NCBI RefSeq assembly: GCF_000142905.1
Contig: NW_013657658.1
Coordinates: 372,001-436,000, forward strand
Direction of reading: 5' to 3'
DNA from: Thecamonas trahens ATCC 50062
Lineage: Eukaryota > Protista > Apusomonadida
DNA length: 64,000 nt
The notes beneath the pieces were generated by a model, which was given only the letters and a program-made list of their open reading frames with translations, searched no databases and was not told where the DNA came from. Every line of letters starts with the position of its first letter. Position 1 is the first letter of the stretch. This document shows positions 22,801-30,929 of the stretch, one piece after another. Both the position numbers and the translations under genes were made by a program.

Positions 22801-23635
22801 TCTGCAGACAATCCTGCTGTTGTACCTGCCTCTGATGTACGCGGCGCTGCGGTACTTTGACTGCACCGATGTCGGCGGTGGGATCGTGGTGATGACGACC
22901 AACCCTCAGCGGCGGTGCTACACAAGCGCGTGGTACGGGCTGCTCCCGTTGATTGTGACTGTGGCGGCTGTGTACGGGCTCTCGATTCCTGCGGGGCTGG
23001 CGGTCTTCCTCCGGCGCCAGGCTGCAGCGCTGGATGAGGTGACGTTCAGCAGCCGGTACGCGTTCCTTGTGGCCAAGTACAAGGCGGAGCTGTATTGGTA
23101 TGAGCTGGCGATCATGGGGCGGAAGCTCGTGGTGGTGGTGGCGGTCTGCGCTTTTGCATCGCCGGTGGTCAAGGCCAGCGTGGTAGCGCTTGTGCTGTTT
23201 GTGGTTGCCATGGCCGGGATGGTCGGCAACCACAAACCATACACTGCCGAGTACCACAACCAGCTGGAGACGTTCACCTTGGCGTGCAGCATTGCGGTGC
23301 TCTGGTTCGGAACCATCGATTCTGTTCCGCTTCTTCGCGACATGATTGTCGTTGCTGCGCTTTTGGTGCTTGTGGTTGGCCTTGCTGTGGCCGTAGGGTA
23401 CGAGGTGTCGCAGATCCGTGCCCACGATAAGGCGGAGGTTGAGGCCGTATTTGCAGAGCATGGTGTGCGCGAGTTTGAGGTCTGCGACAACGTCTCGGAC
23501 TTTGAAATGCGGACGTTTTCCACGAATGCTCAGCTTGGCATGGGTCAGGAGGAAGGCGAGGAGGTCATGCCCTCGACGCTCGCCATTGTTGACGACGAGC
23601 CGCTGTCGTTAATGACCTCGGTGTCGAGCGTGTAG
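19805..23635 (+). CDS. Cell-surface multi-pass receptor-like protein: signal peptide, 3 sushi/CCP, extensin-like SPPP stalk, 2 filamin/Ig-like, GCC2/GCC3 Cys-rich, multi-TM domain
   Basis: Hydrophobic N-terminus; CCP patterns (ITITCSGG..LCEAGGW, CTFECLNG..ECLGSSMWSAPAPFC); filamin-like GSYTLAVKIGGEDIVGSPFVV; CSAGTFS..CSICPEFTTS; CAAGYRGRLCAQCSSGYY; TM region with RYAFLVAKYKAELYWYELAIMGRK. Confidence 0.85.
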   Translation: MPCPRLPCSVRPWCLSLAFVVFFSVAFSDAAPPLYERSFDNGVDGRVQDNGSGDTSAPGAVVSLKESFLALRVIDIPSSSTGLYFASSRTKIGFKGLHEADDAATMRMTAYDSNEYRGEALLETPWSDNDGLNALPLSSLSWEYSHPGGEVSEFDINDERKAGFSKFVTDVLNSDGFSGALLFRLELTTAPDHSYLLELGNGDSFFSLEFWPVCGEYPSVPSGTLSTSGVTSSTSHIVGDSITITCSGGLMLYGGSTANTVLCEAGGWAALPPAVKCAPPPPPPPPPSPPPSPPPPSPPPPSPPPSPPPPSPPPPSPPPSPPPSPPPSPPPPSPPPPSPPPPSPPPPSPPPPPSPPPPSPPPPSPPPSPPPPPSPPPPYACELIQPPPNGTISFSDYGYAGSVAVTTCIDGTDFVAGDAVRTCTGLTWTGLPAVCVRVACPGLAPPAFGSVSCTNGSSTATPGIFGEICTFECLNGLTKVGADALECLGSSMWSAPAPFCSAVNVSQSTGAPIGMPLKITAGDTWELRVSLRDSEGNAAGSGNDLPLAVVRGGDGANAVAETTYISTGEYSARVAVPTTVGSYMYDIGANGELFTRGVTNVAVEVVPGAPDGRSSTLVDLPTSGVLQIETSATTEYNVVVTDEFGNVLTQALAASEVSIALQRGADTFAVTGVELGPGSIKFGIVVVEGGSYTLAVKIGGEDIVGSPFVVSASATCVPGTRVIDGVRCTSCSAGTFSETVNAVACSICPEFTTSPEQSSSFLNCTCLPTFWFGTGERVRGKRCELCPVGAICAGGTTPPRAAPGHEPSDDGQAFVTCPQPAACMGDGKCAAGYRGRLCAQCSSGYYRLGDVCRECKGSNVAIIVVLVVLVFAYVTGVVWINTRNTKVYGYAAFVIALNTLQAVAIYGTIQLDWHPVAEAIFDAVSMVNLNLDLASPECGLDVGDVWMFKWGMTMALPVLFLLPFVVVTAILCVVFNFRESKSAMFAANGRVVGAAGRGYLQTILLLYLPLMYAALRYFDCTDVGGGIVVMTTNPQRRCYTSAWYGLLPLIVTVAAVYGLSIPAGLAVFLRRQAAALDEVTFSSRYAFLVAKYKAELYWYELAIMGRKLVVVVAVCAFASPVVKASVVALVLFVVAMAGMVGNHKPYTAEYHNQLETFTLACSIAVLWFGTIDSVPLLRDMIVVAALLVLVVGLAVAVGYEVSQIRAHDKAEVEAVFAEHGVREFEVCDNVSDFEMRTFSTNAQLGMGQEEGEEVMPSTLAIVDDEPLSLMTSVSSV
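20639..20937 (+). repeat. CCG-rich coding repeat encoding (Ser-Pro3-5)n
   Basis: About 100 codons of SPPP(P) units. Confidence 0.92.
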
Positions 23636-24200
23636 TCGTGCGTAAGTTGGACAATTTTGCTTTTTTTTTTTTTTTTGGACAACCGGGTAAGGTCGGGTCA
23701 TCGGTCCCGTACCCAACGTCCAAAATTCAAAACCAAGAGCCGTAAAGTGGCTGACTAGATGAAGTAGAGTAGGGGTTGTGATCGTGTGCAGAGTATTATG
23801 CTGCTTGTGATGCGAGTGTCGCAAGGGGAGGTCTGCAGTGGTGGAGGAGGCGCGTGGGGAGAATTTTGGAACCATGACCCTGAGCCAGTCTGCGTGAAAT
23901 TTGTCGATTTAGCGGCATGATGCCGCGTTGTCCCCTTCTTTTGTGATTAGCATACCTTCTCTGAGCTGTCCTTGTTGTTTGATGTGAGTGGTTGTAAAGC
24001 AGAAGGTGTTGTGGGTGAGCTGCGGGAGGTTGACGCGGTGGCGGTGTATGCGATGGTGGCAAAAAAAAAGCGCCAGTTTGGCGTGTTTGGGCGGTGATTG
24101 TCAGCAAGGGTATTGATGAGGGGGAAAACGATTTCGTTTGCCGAGGACAGTAGCGGTGGCGGGCACAACGGCACCTCTCCCCCCCTCGGCACGTTCGACA

Positions 24201-26068
24201 ATGCTGAACACATTGCTGACGCTTGCGTCCAACCCGTATGTGGTCATTGGGGTTGTTGCGGCCATTCTTCTCTTTGTCCTCTTCATTGGCTTTACCGTAT
24301 GTTAAGCATGCCCGGCTTGTCGCCATTCTCACTTGCTCCCGTTTCCCCCCACGTGGCGGTGTCGAGCGGCCAAACCAGCGGCGAGCCATCCACGGCATCC
24401 ACCTGCAGAGTGACGAGAGAGCGAGGGGGGGGGGGAAGGGAATGGAGGGCAGGAAGGAGGGAGCGGGAGGGAGTGGGGGAGGTGGTTGCGGTAGGGAATG
24501 GGGGTGGTGGGTGGAGGAGGAGGTGGTGGTGGTTGGGGGCAGGGTGTGTGTGTGTGTGTGTGTGTGTGTGAGGAGCGCGCCCTACCTTTACGACCTTTTT
24601 CGTTGAAGTGGCGGTGATCGCGGGCGTGTGATCAAGAAGGCCGAGGCGGTGATGGGGAGGGGGGGGGGGGGGGGGCAGGGTGTGTGTGCGCGGAAACTCA
24701 CAAGGGAGGGGACAGCCTGCCAATGCGCCGCCGATTGTGTCTACAGGGCTCCCTATTGTGGGCCCTATTCTTGCGTTTATGAAGAACCCGTACCAGCTTG
24801 CGCTCGACTCGTACCGGCGGTACGGCGAGGTGTTTACCATCAAGGTTGCGAACCAGCGGCTGACGTTCCTTGTGGGACCGGAGGCATCTGAGCCGTTTTT
24901 CAAGGGCAAGGATGCGGACATGTCGCAGAACGAGGTGTACAAGTTCTCTGTGTCGATTTTCGGCAAGGGTGTTGTGTACGATGTGCCGACGCCGATCCGG
25001 ATTGAGCAGATCAAGTTCATGTCGTCTGCGCTGCGGTCTGACGTGCTGCGGTCGTACGTGGACGACATGGTGCTGGAGGCGCGGCAGTACTTTGGCAAGT
25101 GGGGCGAGTCCGGGACTGTGGACCTGGCCCAGGTCTTCTCTGAGCTTATTATCCTGACTGCGTCGCGGTGCCTGATGGGCCCCGAGGTGCGCGAGCACAT
25201 GTTTGAGCAGGTTGCGGAGCTGTTCCGGGCACTTGACGAGGGCCTCCTCCCGATCACGTTCTTCTTCCCTGAGCTCCCGATTCCTGCGCACCGTGCGCGG
25301 AACGCGGCGCGCGAGGAGATGGTCAAGCTGTTTGCGGGGATCATGGAGGAGCGGCGGGCGAACCCGGACAAGATCTACACGGACATGCTCGACCAGTTTA
25401 TGAACGCGCAGTACAAGGACGGGCGGACGCTGACGGACCGCGAGGTGACCGGGCTCATGATCTCGCTGCTCTTTGCCGGACAGCACACGTCGTCCAACTC
25501 GTCGGCGTCGACGCTGCTGCACCTGCTGCGGTCGGACTCGACGGTGGACAACACGGAGCACCTGCAGGCTGTGCTCGACGAGCAGCAGGCCATGATTGCC
25601 GAGTTTGGCGACGAGCTCAACTATGACGTGCTCGAGAAGATGGACCGGCTCCATGTGTCGATCAAGGAGGGCATCCGGCTCTGCCCGCCGCTCATCTTTG
25701 TCATGCGCAAGGTGAAGAAGGCGTTCAGCGTCAAGGGCTACACCGTGCCGGTGGGCGACCTTGCCTTTGTCTCGCCGCCGGTCTCGCACCGGGTGGAGTC
25801 GATCTTCACCAACGCCGAGACGTACGACCCGACGCGGTTCCTCCCGCCGCGCGAGGAGGACAAGAAGGCCCGGTTTGCCTTTGCCGGCTTTGGCGGCGGG
25901 CGCCACGGGTGCCTCGGCGAGAACTTTGCCTACCTCCAGATCAAGACCATCTTCTCGGTCCTGCTCCGGTCGTACAAGCTCAAGCTCGTCGATCCCTTCC
26001 CTGAGCAGGACTACACCGGCCTTGTTGTCGGGCCCAAGCCGTGCCAGGTTGCCTACGAGCGGATCTGA
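24201..26068 (+). CDS. CYP51: Sterol 14-alpha-demethylase; exons 24201-24296 and 24716-26068
   Basis: FGKGVVYD, LLFAGQHTSS (I helix), EGIRL (ExxR), YDPTRF, FGGGRHGCLG (heme Cys). Exon 1 supplies the ER anchor MLNTLLTLASNPYVVIGVVAAILLFVLFIGFT and splices in phase 0, giving 482 aa. Confidence 0.96.
24297..24715 (+). other. Spliceosomal GT-AG intron in CYP51 (419 bp) with G-runs and (GT)n
   Basis: Donor GTATGT, branch-like ACTCAC at 24696-24701, acceptor ACAG. The in-frame join reads GFT|PANAPP. (GT)n at 24544-24570. Confidence 0.8.
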
Positions 26069-26309
26069 GTTTTTAACAGCCCAGCGTTTGCACGGTGTTG
26101 TGTGTGAGGTGAGGGAAGTGTTGTGGGATGTGTGTGCGGTAGTTTGGTGGGTGGGAGGATGGATGTCTTGGTGACGGACGACAAGGCGAGCCTTGGTCGT
26201 TGGTCGCCCAGGCGAGAGTCGGCCGGCTAGCCACCAACCAGGCGAGAGTCGGCCAACTCGCTGACGCCCGTCTCCTGTCTTGTGACGACCACCAAGCCAC
26301 CTCACTCGC

Positions 26310-26378
26310 CCTCCCCCCCCTCCTCCCCCCCCCCCTTCCTCCCCCCCCCCCCCACCCCCCCCCCCCACCCCACCCCCC
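26310..26378 (+). repeat. Poly-C tract immediately upstream of the FIG4 start
   Basis: About 69 bp of almost pure C abutting ATG at 26379. Confidence 0.9.
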
Positions 26379-29054
26379 ATGCGACGCCCTCGGCCCAGCA
26401 GTCGGTACCGGCTCCCGCCGGTGTGTGGTGGGCTCACTCAGTTCGAGGTGTATGAGACACGGTCGCGGTACTATGTTGTTGGGCGGGATGAAGAAGGAAG
26501 TGAACATCGAGTGCTCAAGATCGAACGTATGGAAGCAAGGGAACTGGTACTGGCTGAAGATGAGACGGGATATGGTGGAGAAGAAGTGGAAGAGTTGCTG
26601 GCAATGGTGGCGGATGGAAATAAGGCTTCCGGCGGACTTACTCATGTGGTTTCCGGTGTGGGTATTTTGGGCTTTGTGAGGTTTCTGGAGGGTTATTACA
26701 TGGTGGTGGTGACAGAGAGGGAAGTGGTGGGCTACATCGGTCCGCATCGCATCTACAAAATCGCCGCTACTCAACTCGTCTACCTTCCGCATCCCTCGGT
26801 CCGCATCCACTCGCTCGACGAGGGCAGGTACACCTCCATCTTCTCCAAGATCGAGCTCGTCCACGACTTTTTCTTCTCTTACACCTACGACCTCTCGCAC
26901 TCGCTGCAGTACAACATGAAGCATCCGTACTCGCGGACGGCGCTGCTCAACGCCGGCGTGGTGCAGCCGCGGACGACGTCATCGGACGGGTACGCAGCGT
27001 CGGAGCCGTCGTTTCCGCACCCTTTTGCGTCGATGCCCGACGAGCGGACGTGGATTTGGAACCTGTACCTGCTCAAGGACGTGTGGCCAGCCCTCACTCG
27101 CAAGGACTGGGTCCTGCCTGTGGTGCACGGCTTCTTCCGGCAGCGGATTGTGACGGTCTTTGACGCGCCGCTGGTGCTGACGCTCATTGCGCGGCGGTCA
27201 CGGTTCTTTGCTGGGACGCGGTACCTCAAGCGCGGAGTCTCTGACCGCGGCAAGGTGGCCAACGAGGTGGAGACGGAGCAGATTGTGGCCAACATGGCGA
27301 GCGCGCACTTTGACTCGGGCTCGTTCGCGTCGTACGTCACGCTCCGCGGCTCGATTCCGCTCCACTGGTCGCAGGAGCAGTCGATTGTGACGCCCAAGCC
27401 GCCGATTGTGCTCCACGCGCCGGATCCTGCGTACTCGGCCACAGCGCTGCACTTTGAGGATTTGTATCGGCGGTACGGCTCGCCGCTGCTGGTGCTCAAC
27501 TTGGTGAAACAGCGCGAGAAGGTGCCGCGCGAGCAGATCATTGGCATCGAGTTTGCGCACGCAGTGGCCAAGCTCAACAAGGCTATTCCTCCGGAGCACC
27601 GGATCCGGTTCCATGCGTTTGACATGCACCGGTCGGCCAAGACTAAGGACTCGGACGTGATTGCCGAGCTCACGGCGCGGGCCAAGGCCATTGTGGCCAC
27701 GACCGGGTTCTTCCACGCCGGCTACCGGCCGGCGCGGGTGGAGGCTGAGCTCGCGCGCAACCCTGTGATGGCGGCCGAGCTCGAGTACGAGGCCACGGCG
27801 TACGGGCGGGACAGGCTCGGGCTGGAGCAAGTTGGTGTGGCGCGGCAGAACTGCATCGACTCGCTGGACCGGACTAACGCGGCGCAGTTTGTGCTCGGCA
27901 AGGTGGTGCTCGGGCACCAGCTGTTTGCGCTCGGCCTGGCTGACTCGCCGGACCTTGAGTTTGACACGCTGCTGATGGACGCGGTGACGCTGATGTACGA
28001 GGAGATGGGCGACCACATTGCGCTGCAGTACGGCGGCTCGCAACTGAACCATCGGGTGGCGACGTACCGCAACAACACATGGTCGTCGTACTCGCGCGAC
28101 ATGATGACCGCCATCCGGCGGTACTACTCCAACTCGTTCACCGATGCCGAGAAGCAGGAGGCGACGAACCTGTTCCTTGGGCTCTACGTCCCGCTGCCGG
28201 AGAAGAAGCACTTGTGGGCGCTCGAAACCGACTTTTATCTGCACAACGAGGTCATTCCGCGGTTTGTGGCGCCGCGGCTCAAGCTGCATCCGACGTCTGA
28301 CGCGGCGCACCTCTCGAGCCTCCCGTCGCTCCTCGAGTGCATCCGGCACGAGGCCGCGTTTTGGTCACGCGGGCTGGCGGCGCACGACCAGGTTGCGGCA
28401 CAGGTCGACGCGGTCGGGGCGAGTCTGCAGCTCGAGCCGGCGGCGGCCGACTCGTTCTATCATGCGTATGAGTGCTACAAGCTGACGCAGCTCACCGAGC
28501 ACCTGCAGACGTACGCCAAGCTGGTGGTGTACAACGAGTCGGACTTTGGGTCGTCAGCGGTCGGTGAGGAGCCTGATGCGGGCAAGCGGCGGAGCGGCCT
28601 GTTCCGGCGCAAGCGCAAGGCCGCCGAGCCGGATAAGCGCTCGATCTACGTCTCGCCGTTTATGCGGTCCAAGGGCGCCATCTCGTCGGGCGGCAAGTCG
28701 ACGATCGAGCGGCTTGGCGGTGTCTCGCGGTGGATGCGGGTCAATGCCTCGATCTCGTCGCGGAGCGCAAAGTACACGGCACGGTCGCGGATCGACGCGC
28801 CCGAGCCGTTCCCGGAGCCCGATGCGGAGCTCCGGCCGCTCCCGGAGGCGGATGCCGAGCTGTATGCTACGTACGCCTCGCTCGCCGAGACGGTGCTCAC
28901 CCCGGCGACGGCGCTCGCGCCATGTGCGAGCTACGCGTGGGATGCGGCGTCGACGGCAGGCGTGGTGCTTGACGTCGGCCATCGCGGCGACGAGTACGAG
29001 GCGTATGTGGGCTCGGCTGCCGAGCTAGGCGGCATCCACGACGTTTACCGGTGA
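26379..29054 (+). CDS. FIG4: PI(3,5)P2 5-phosphatase, SAC domain
   Basis: YETRSRYYVVG, GILGFVRFLEGYY, FFFSYTYDLSHSLQYN, ARRSRFFAGTRYLKRG, VANEVETEQIV, RGSIPLHWSQ, CX5RT motif CIDSLDRT, ALQYGGSQL, RYYSNSFTDAEKQ, LWALETDFYLHN. Confidence 0.96.
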   Translation: MRRPRPSSRYRLPPVCGGLTQFEVYETRSRYYVVGRDEEGSEHRVLKIERMEARELVLAEDETGYGGEEVEELLAMVADGNKASGGLTHVVSGVGILGFVRFLEGYYMVVVTEREVVGYIGPHRIYKIAATQLVYLPHPSVRIHSLDEGRYTSIFSKIELVHDFFFSYTYDLSHSLQYNMKHPYSRTALLNAGVVQPRTTSSDGYAASEPSFPHPFASMPDERTWIWNLYLLKDVWPALTRKDWVLPVVHGFFRQRIVTVFDAPLVLTLIARRSRFFAGTRYLKRGVSDRGKVANEVETEQIVANMASAHFDSGSFASYVTLRGSIPLHWSQEQSIVTPKPPIVLHAPDPAYSATALHFEDLYRRYGSPLLVLNLVKQREKVPREQIIGIEFAHAVAKLNKAIPPEHRIRFHAFDMHRSAKTKDSDVIAELTARAKAIVATTGFFHAGYRPARVEAELARNPVMAAELEYEATAYGRDRLGLEQVGVARQNCIDSLDRTNAAQFVLGKVVLGHQLFALGLADSPDLEFDTLLMDAVTLMYEEMGDHIALQYGGSQLNHRVATYRNNTWSSYSRDMMTAIRRYYSNSFTDAEKQEATNLFLGLYVPLPEKKHLWALETDFYLHNEVIPRFVAPRLKLHPTSDAAHLSSLPSLLECIRHEAAFWSRGLAAHDQVAAQVDAVGASLQLEPAAADSFYHAYECYKLTQLTEHLQTYAKLVVYNESDFGSSAVGEEPDAGKRRSGLFRRKRKAAEPDKRSIYVSPFMRSKGAISSGGKSTIERLGGVSRWMRVNASISSRSAKYTARSRIDAPEPFPEPDAELRPLPEADAELYATYASLAETVLTPATALAPCASYAWDAASTAGVVLDVGHRGDEYEAYVGSAAELGGIHDVYR

Positions 29055-30025
29055 GGAGGCGAGTAAAGGCGCGCGTTGTTGGTCGACCCGCCCGGGCCGA
29101 TCGGGTGGACGGCGAGGCGCGGCGAGGAGAAGCGCGAAAAGAGCTCGGCACGGCGAGCGTCGACCGGCGATGCCGGCGGCGGCGACGGAGAAGGTCGCGA
29201 CGGCGGCGTCGGCTCGGTCCGGGGCTGCGGCGACGGCGTGGGTGGCAGCCGCTCAACAATCGGTGGAGACCATGACGGGACACGGGTGGCTTGGGTAGCG
29301 TGCGGCGGTGAGACGTGGACCAGGAGGCGATGGTCTGAGGTCGGAAGCCTGCCGACCGAGGCTGCTGCTTGGGTCCGGGCCGGAGCGTATGGCGACGATG
29401 GAGTGGCAGCGGTGTGCTGGATGCGGAGCGGGGAGTGGGAGGGCGGGGCGGGGTGTGACGGAGAGGGGTGTGACGGGGTGGGTGCACTGATGGGAACGGC
29501 GGTGAGGCGGAAGGCCTGCGGTTCGTCGAGAGTGCGGTGCTCGAGGCGAGTAACAGTGCGAGTGACCGGAATCTGGTCGACGACGAGGCGTGAGACTGGG
29601 ATGGAGACCTGTGCAGTCTCGTGAACCTCCTTGACTCGCTTGACCGGGCGGGAGACACGGCGGGTCTTCTTGACCGGGACCGACTCGACGATTGTCTCGA
29701 TGACTTCCTTGGGCACCCACTCGATGCGTGTCACGGTCCTTGTCACCTCCTCCATCTCGATGTACTCTTCGTCCTCCTCGATCATCTCCTCCACCTCGAC
29801 CAGCCTCGTGTACGGCACGCTCCTCACCTCGACCGAGTCCTCGACTCTTGGCACGGCCTGTACCTCTGTCACAGCCTCCTCCACCGGCACCACCACATTC
29901 CTCTGCACCACCCGAGTCACAATCTCCCCGTCATGCGGCAGCAGAGGCAGAGATTGAGCGCTTTGAGCCGATTGCCGGGAGTAAGCATCCCCTCCCAAAT
30001 TCAAGTTGCCCGACGTGAAATTCAT
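29045..30025 (-). CDS. Val/Glu/Pro/Arg/Thr-rich epiplastin (articulin/alveolin)-like protein with Pro/Ser-rich tail
   Basis: The central ~130 aa are dominated by V, E, T, R, I, P and K, with VPV/VP motifs and GC3-biased codons. First ATG at 30025. The family call rests on composition only. Confidence 0.65.
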   Translation of the reverse strand: MNFTSGNLNLGGDAYSRQSAQSAQSLPLLPHDGEIVTRVVQRNVVVPVEEAVTEVQAVPRVEDSVEVRSVPYTRLVEVEEMIEEDEEYIEMEEVTRTVTRIEWVPKEVIETIVESVPVKKTRRVSRPVKRVKEVHETAQVSIPVSRLVVDQIPVTRTVTRLEHRTLDEPQAFRLTAVPISAPTPSHPSPSHPAPPSHSPLRIQHTAATPSSPYAPARTQAAASVGRLPTSDHRLLVHVSPPHATQATRVPSWSPPIVERLPPTPSPQPRTEPTPPSRPSPSPPPASPVDARRAELFSRFSSPRLAVHPIGPGGSTNNARLYSPPHR

Positions 30026-30489
30026 GTTCACCTCTCAACGGACTCGGCCCACCAAGCGCAGCCAGGTGAACAAGCAGCAGCGGAGAGGGGAGGGGGGGGG
30101 GGTGAAGACGGGAGGTGTGTGTGTGTGTGCGGTCGAACGGGGGTACGGGGAAGAGGTGAGGTGTGGGCCGGAGGTGAGGAGAGCAGCAAGGACCGAGGTG
30201 CTGGTGGCGAGGCGGTCGGTCGGGTCGGTTGGTCGGCGGGTTGGTCGGCGGGTTGGTCGGCGGGTGATGGTGGTGATCTGGCCAATGTGGCTTGAGGGCG
30301 TAGATGAAGACGAGATGGCGGATGGTGGGCATACTGTGGACTCACGGTGGCCGCTTGTTCTCAACCACAACGATGATGGTGTCGTGGCCCTTCCCCGGGA
30401 GCAGCGTCGAGCTCGCACACTCCCGCGCCGTCGCCCGCGCCTCACCCATCATCCCATCCATTACCACCAACCAATGCATCGCCACCAGC

Positions 30490-30690
30490 AATGTCGAGAA
30501 GATGCAGCAGGTGGTGCGCGCGCGGGTGGACGAGGTGACGCGGCTCGGGCGGCGACTGCTCGTCGTGGTGGATGATGTGTGGCCGACCAAGAGCAGTTTA
30601 AGACGATCGAAGGCGTCGTCGCCGCACCGGCGCGCTTCGACATAGCGTGTACTTTCTGTGTGGTAGCTGGTGCTGATGACCACAACATTA
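30490..30690 (+). pseudogene. Possible relic of an NB-ARC/STAND NTPase (Walker B region)
   Basis: RRLLVVVDDVW at 30550-30582 matches the kinase-2 motif LLVLDDVW. LVLMTTT (RNBS-B-like) lies in the same frame after two stops. No convincing Walker A. Confidence 0.4.
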
Positions 30691-30929
30691 TGGCTGGATC
30701 CGTAGTCGACTGCCCATGTCGGCTGTAATCGCCATCCCCAACACTCTGGTGTCGCGTCGGACGGCAGTCGACGCAAGATCACTTGTTTTTCGCAGGCATG
30801 GGGAAACCGCGAAGGGATGCCTGACGGCAGACTCGACATCGCACGCGCTATTGTCATGGGATTGGCTACCGACAATGCTCCCACACCCGTACGTGGTATG
30901 ACACTTGGCCTTTACAGGTAGCTAGCTAC

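Noticed and set aside
23650-23905. Sm-site-like AATTTTG(G) motifs suggesting an snRNA
   Set aside because: No U1, U2, U4 or U5 hallmark sequence nearby; likely ordinary T-rich intergenic sequence.
24698-26437. 579-aa antisense ORF over CYP51, and similar long shadow ORFs (3377-4552, 22079-23461, 27198-28349, 41267-42742, 55963-57873)
   Set aside because: These are antisense or alternate-frame shadows expected from GC3-biased codons. They are Arg/His/Gly-rich with no domain signal.
30229-30264. (TTGGTCGGCGGG)3 and other short tandem repeats (19291-19324, 11085-11146, 31419-31443)
   Set aside because: Ordinary slippage minisatellites or low-complexity coding repeats with no further structure.
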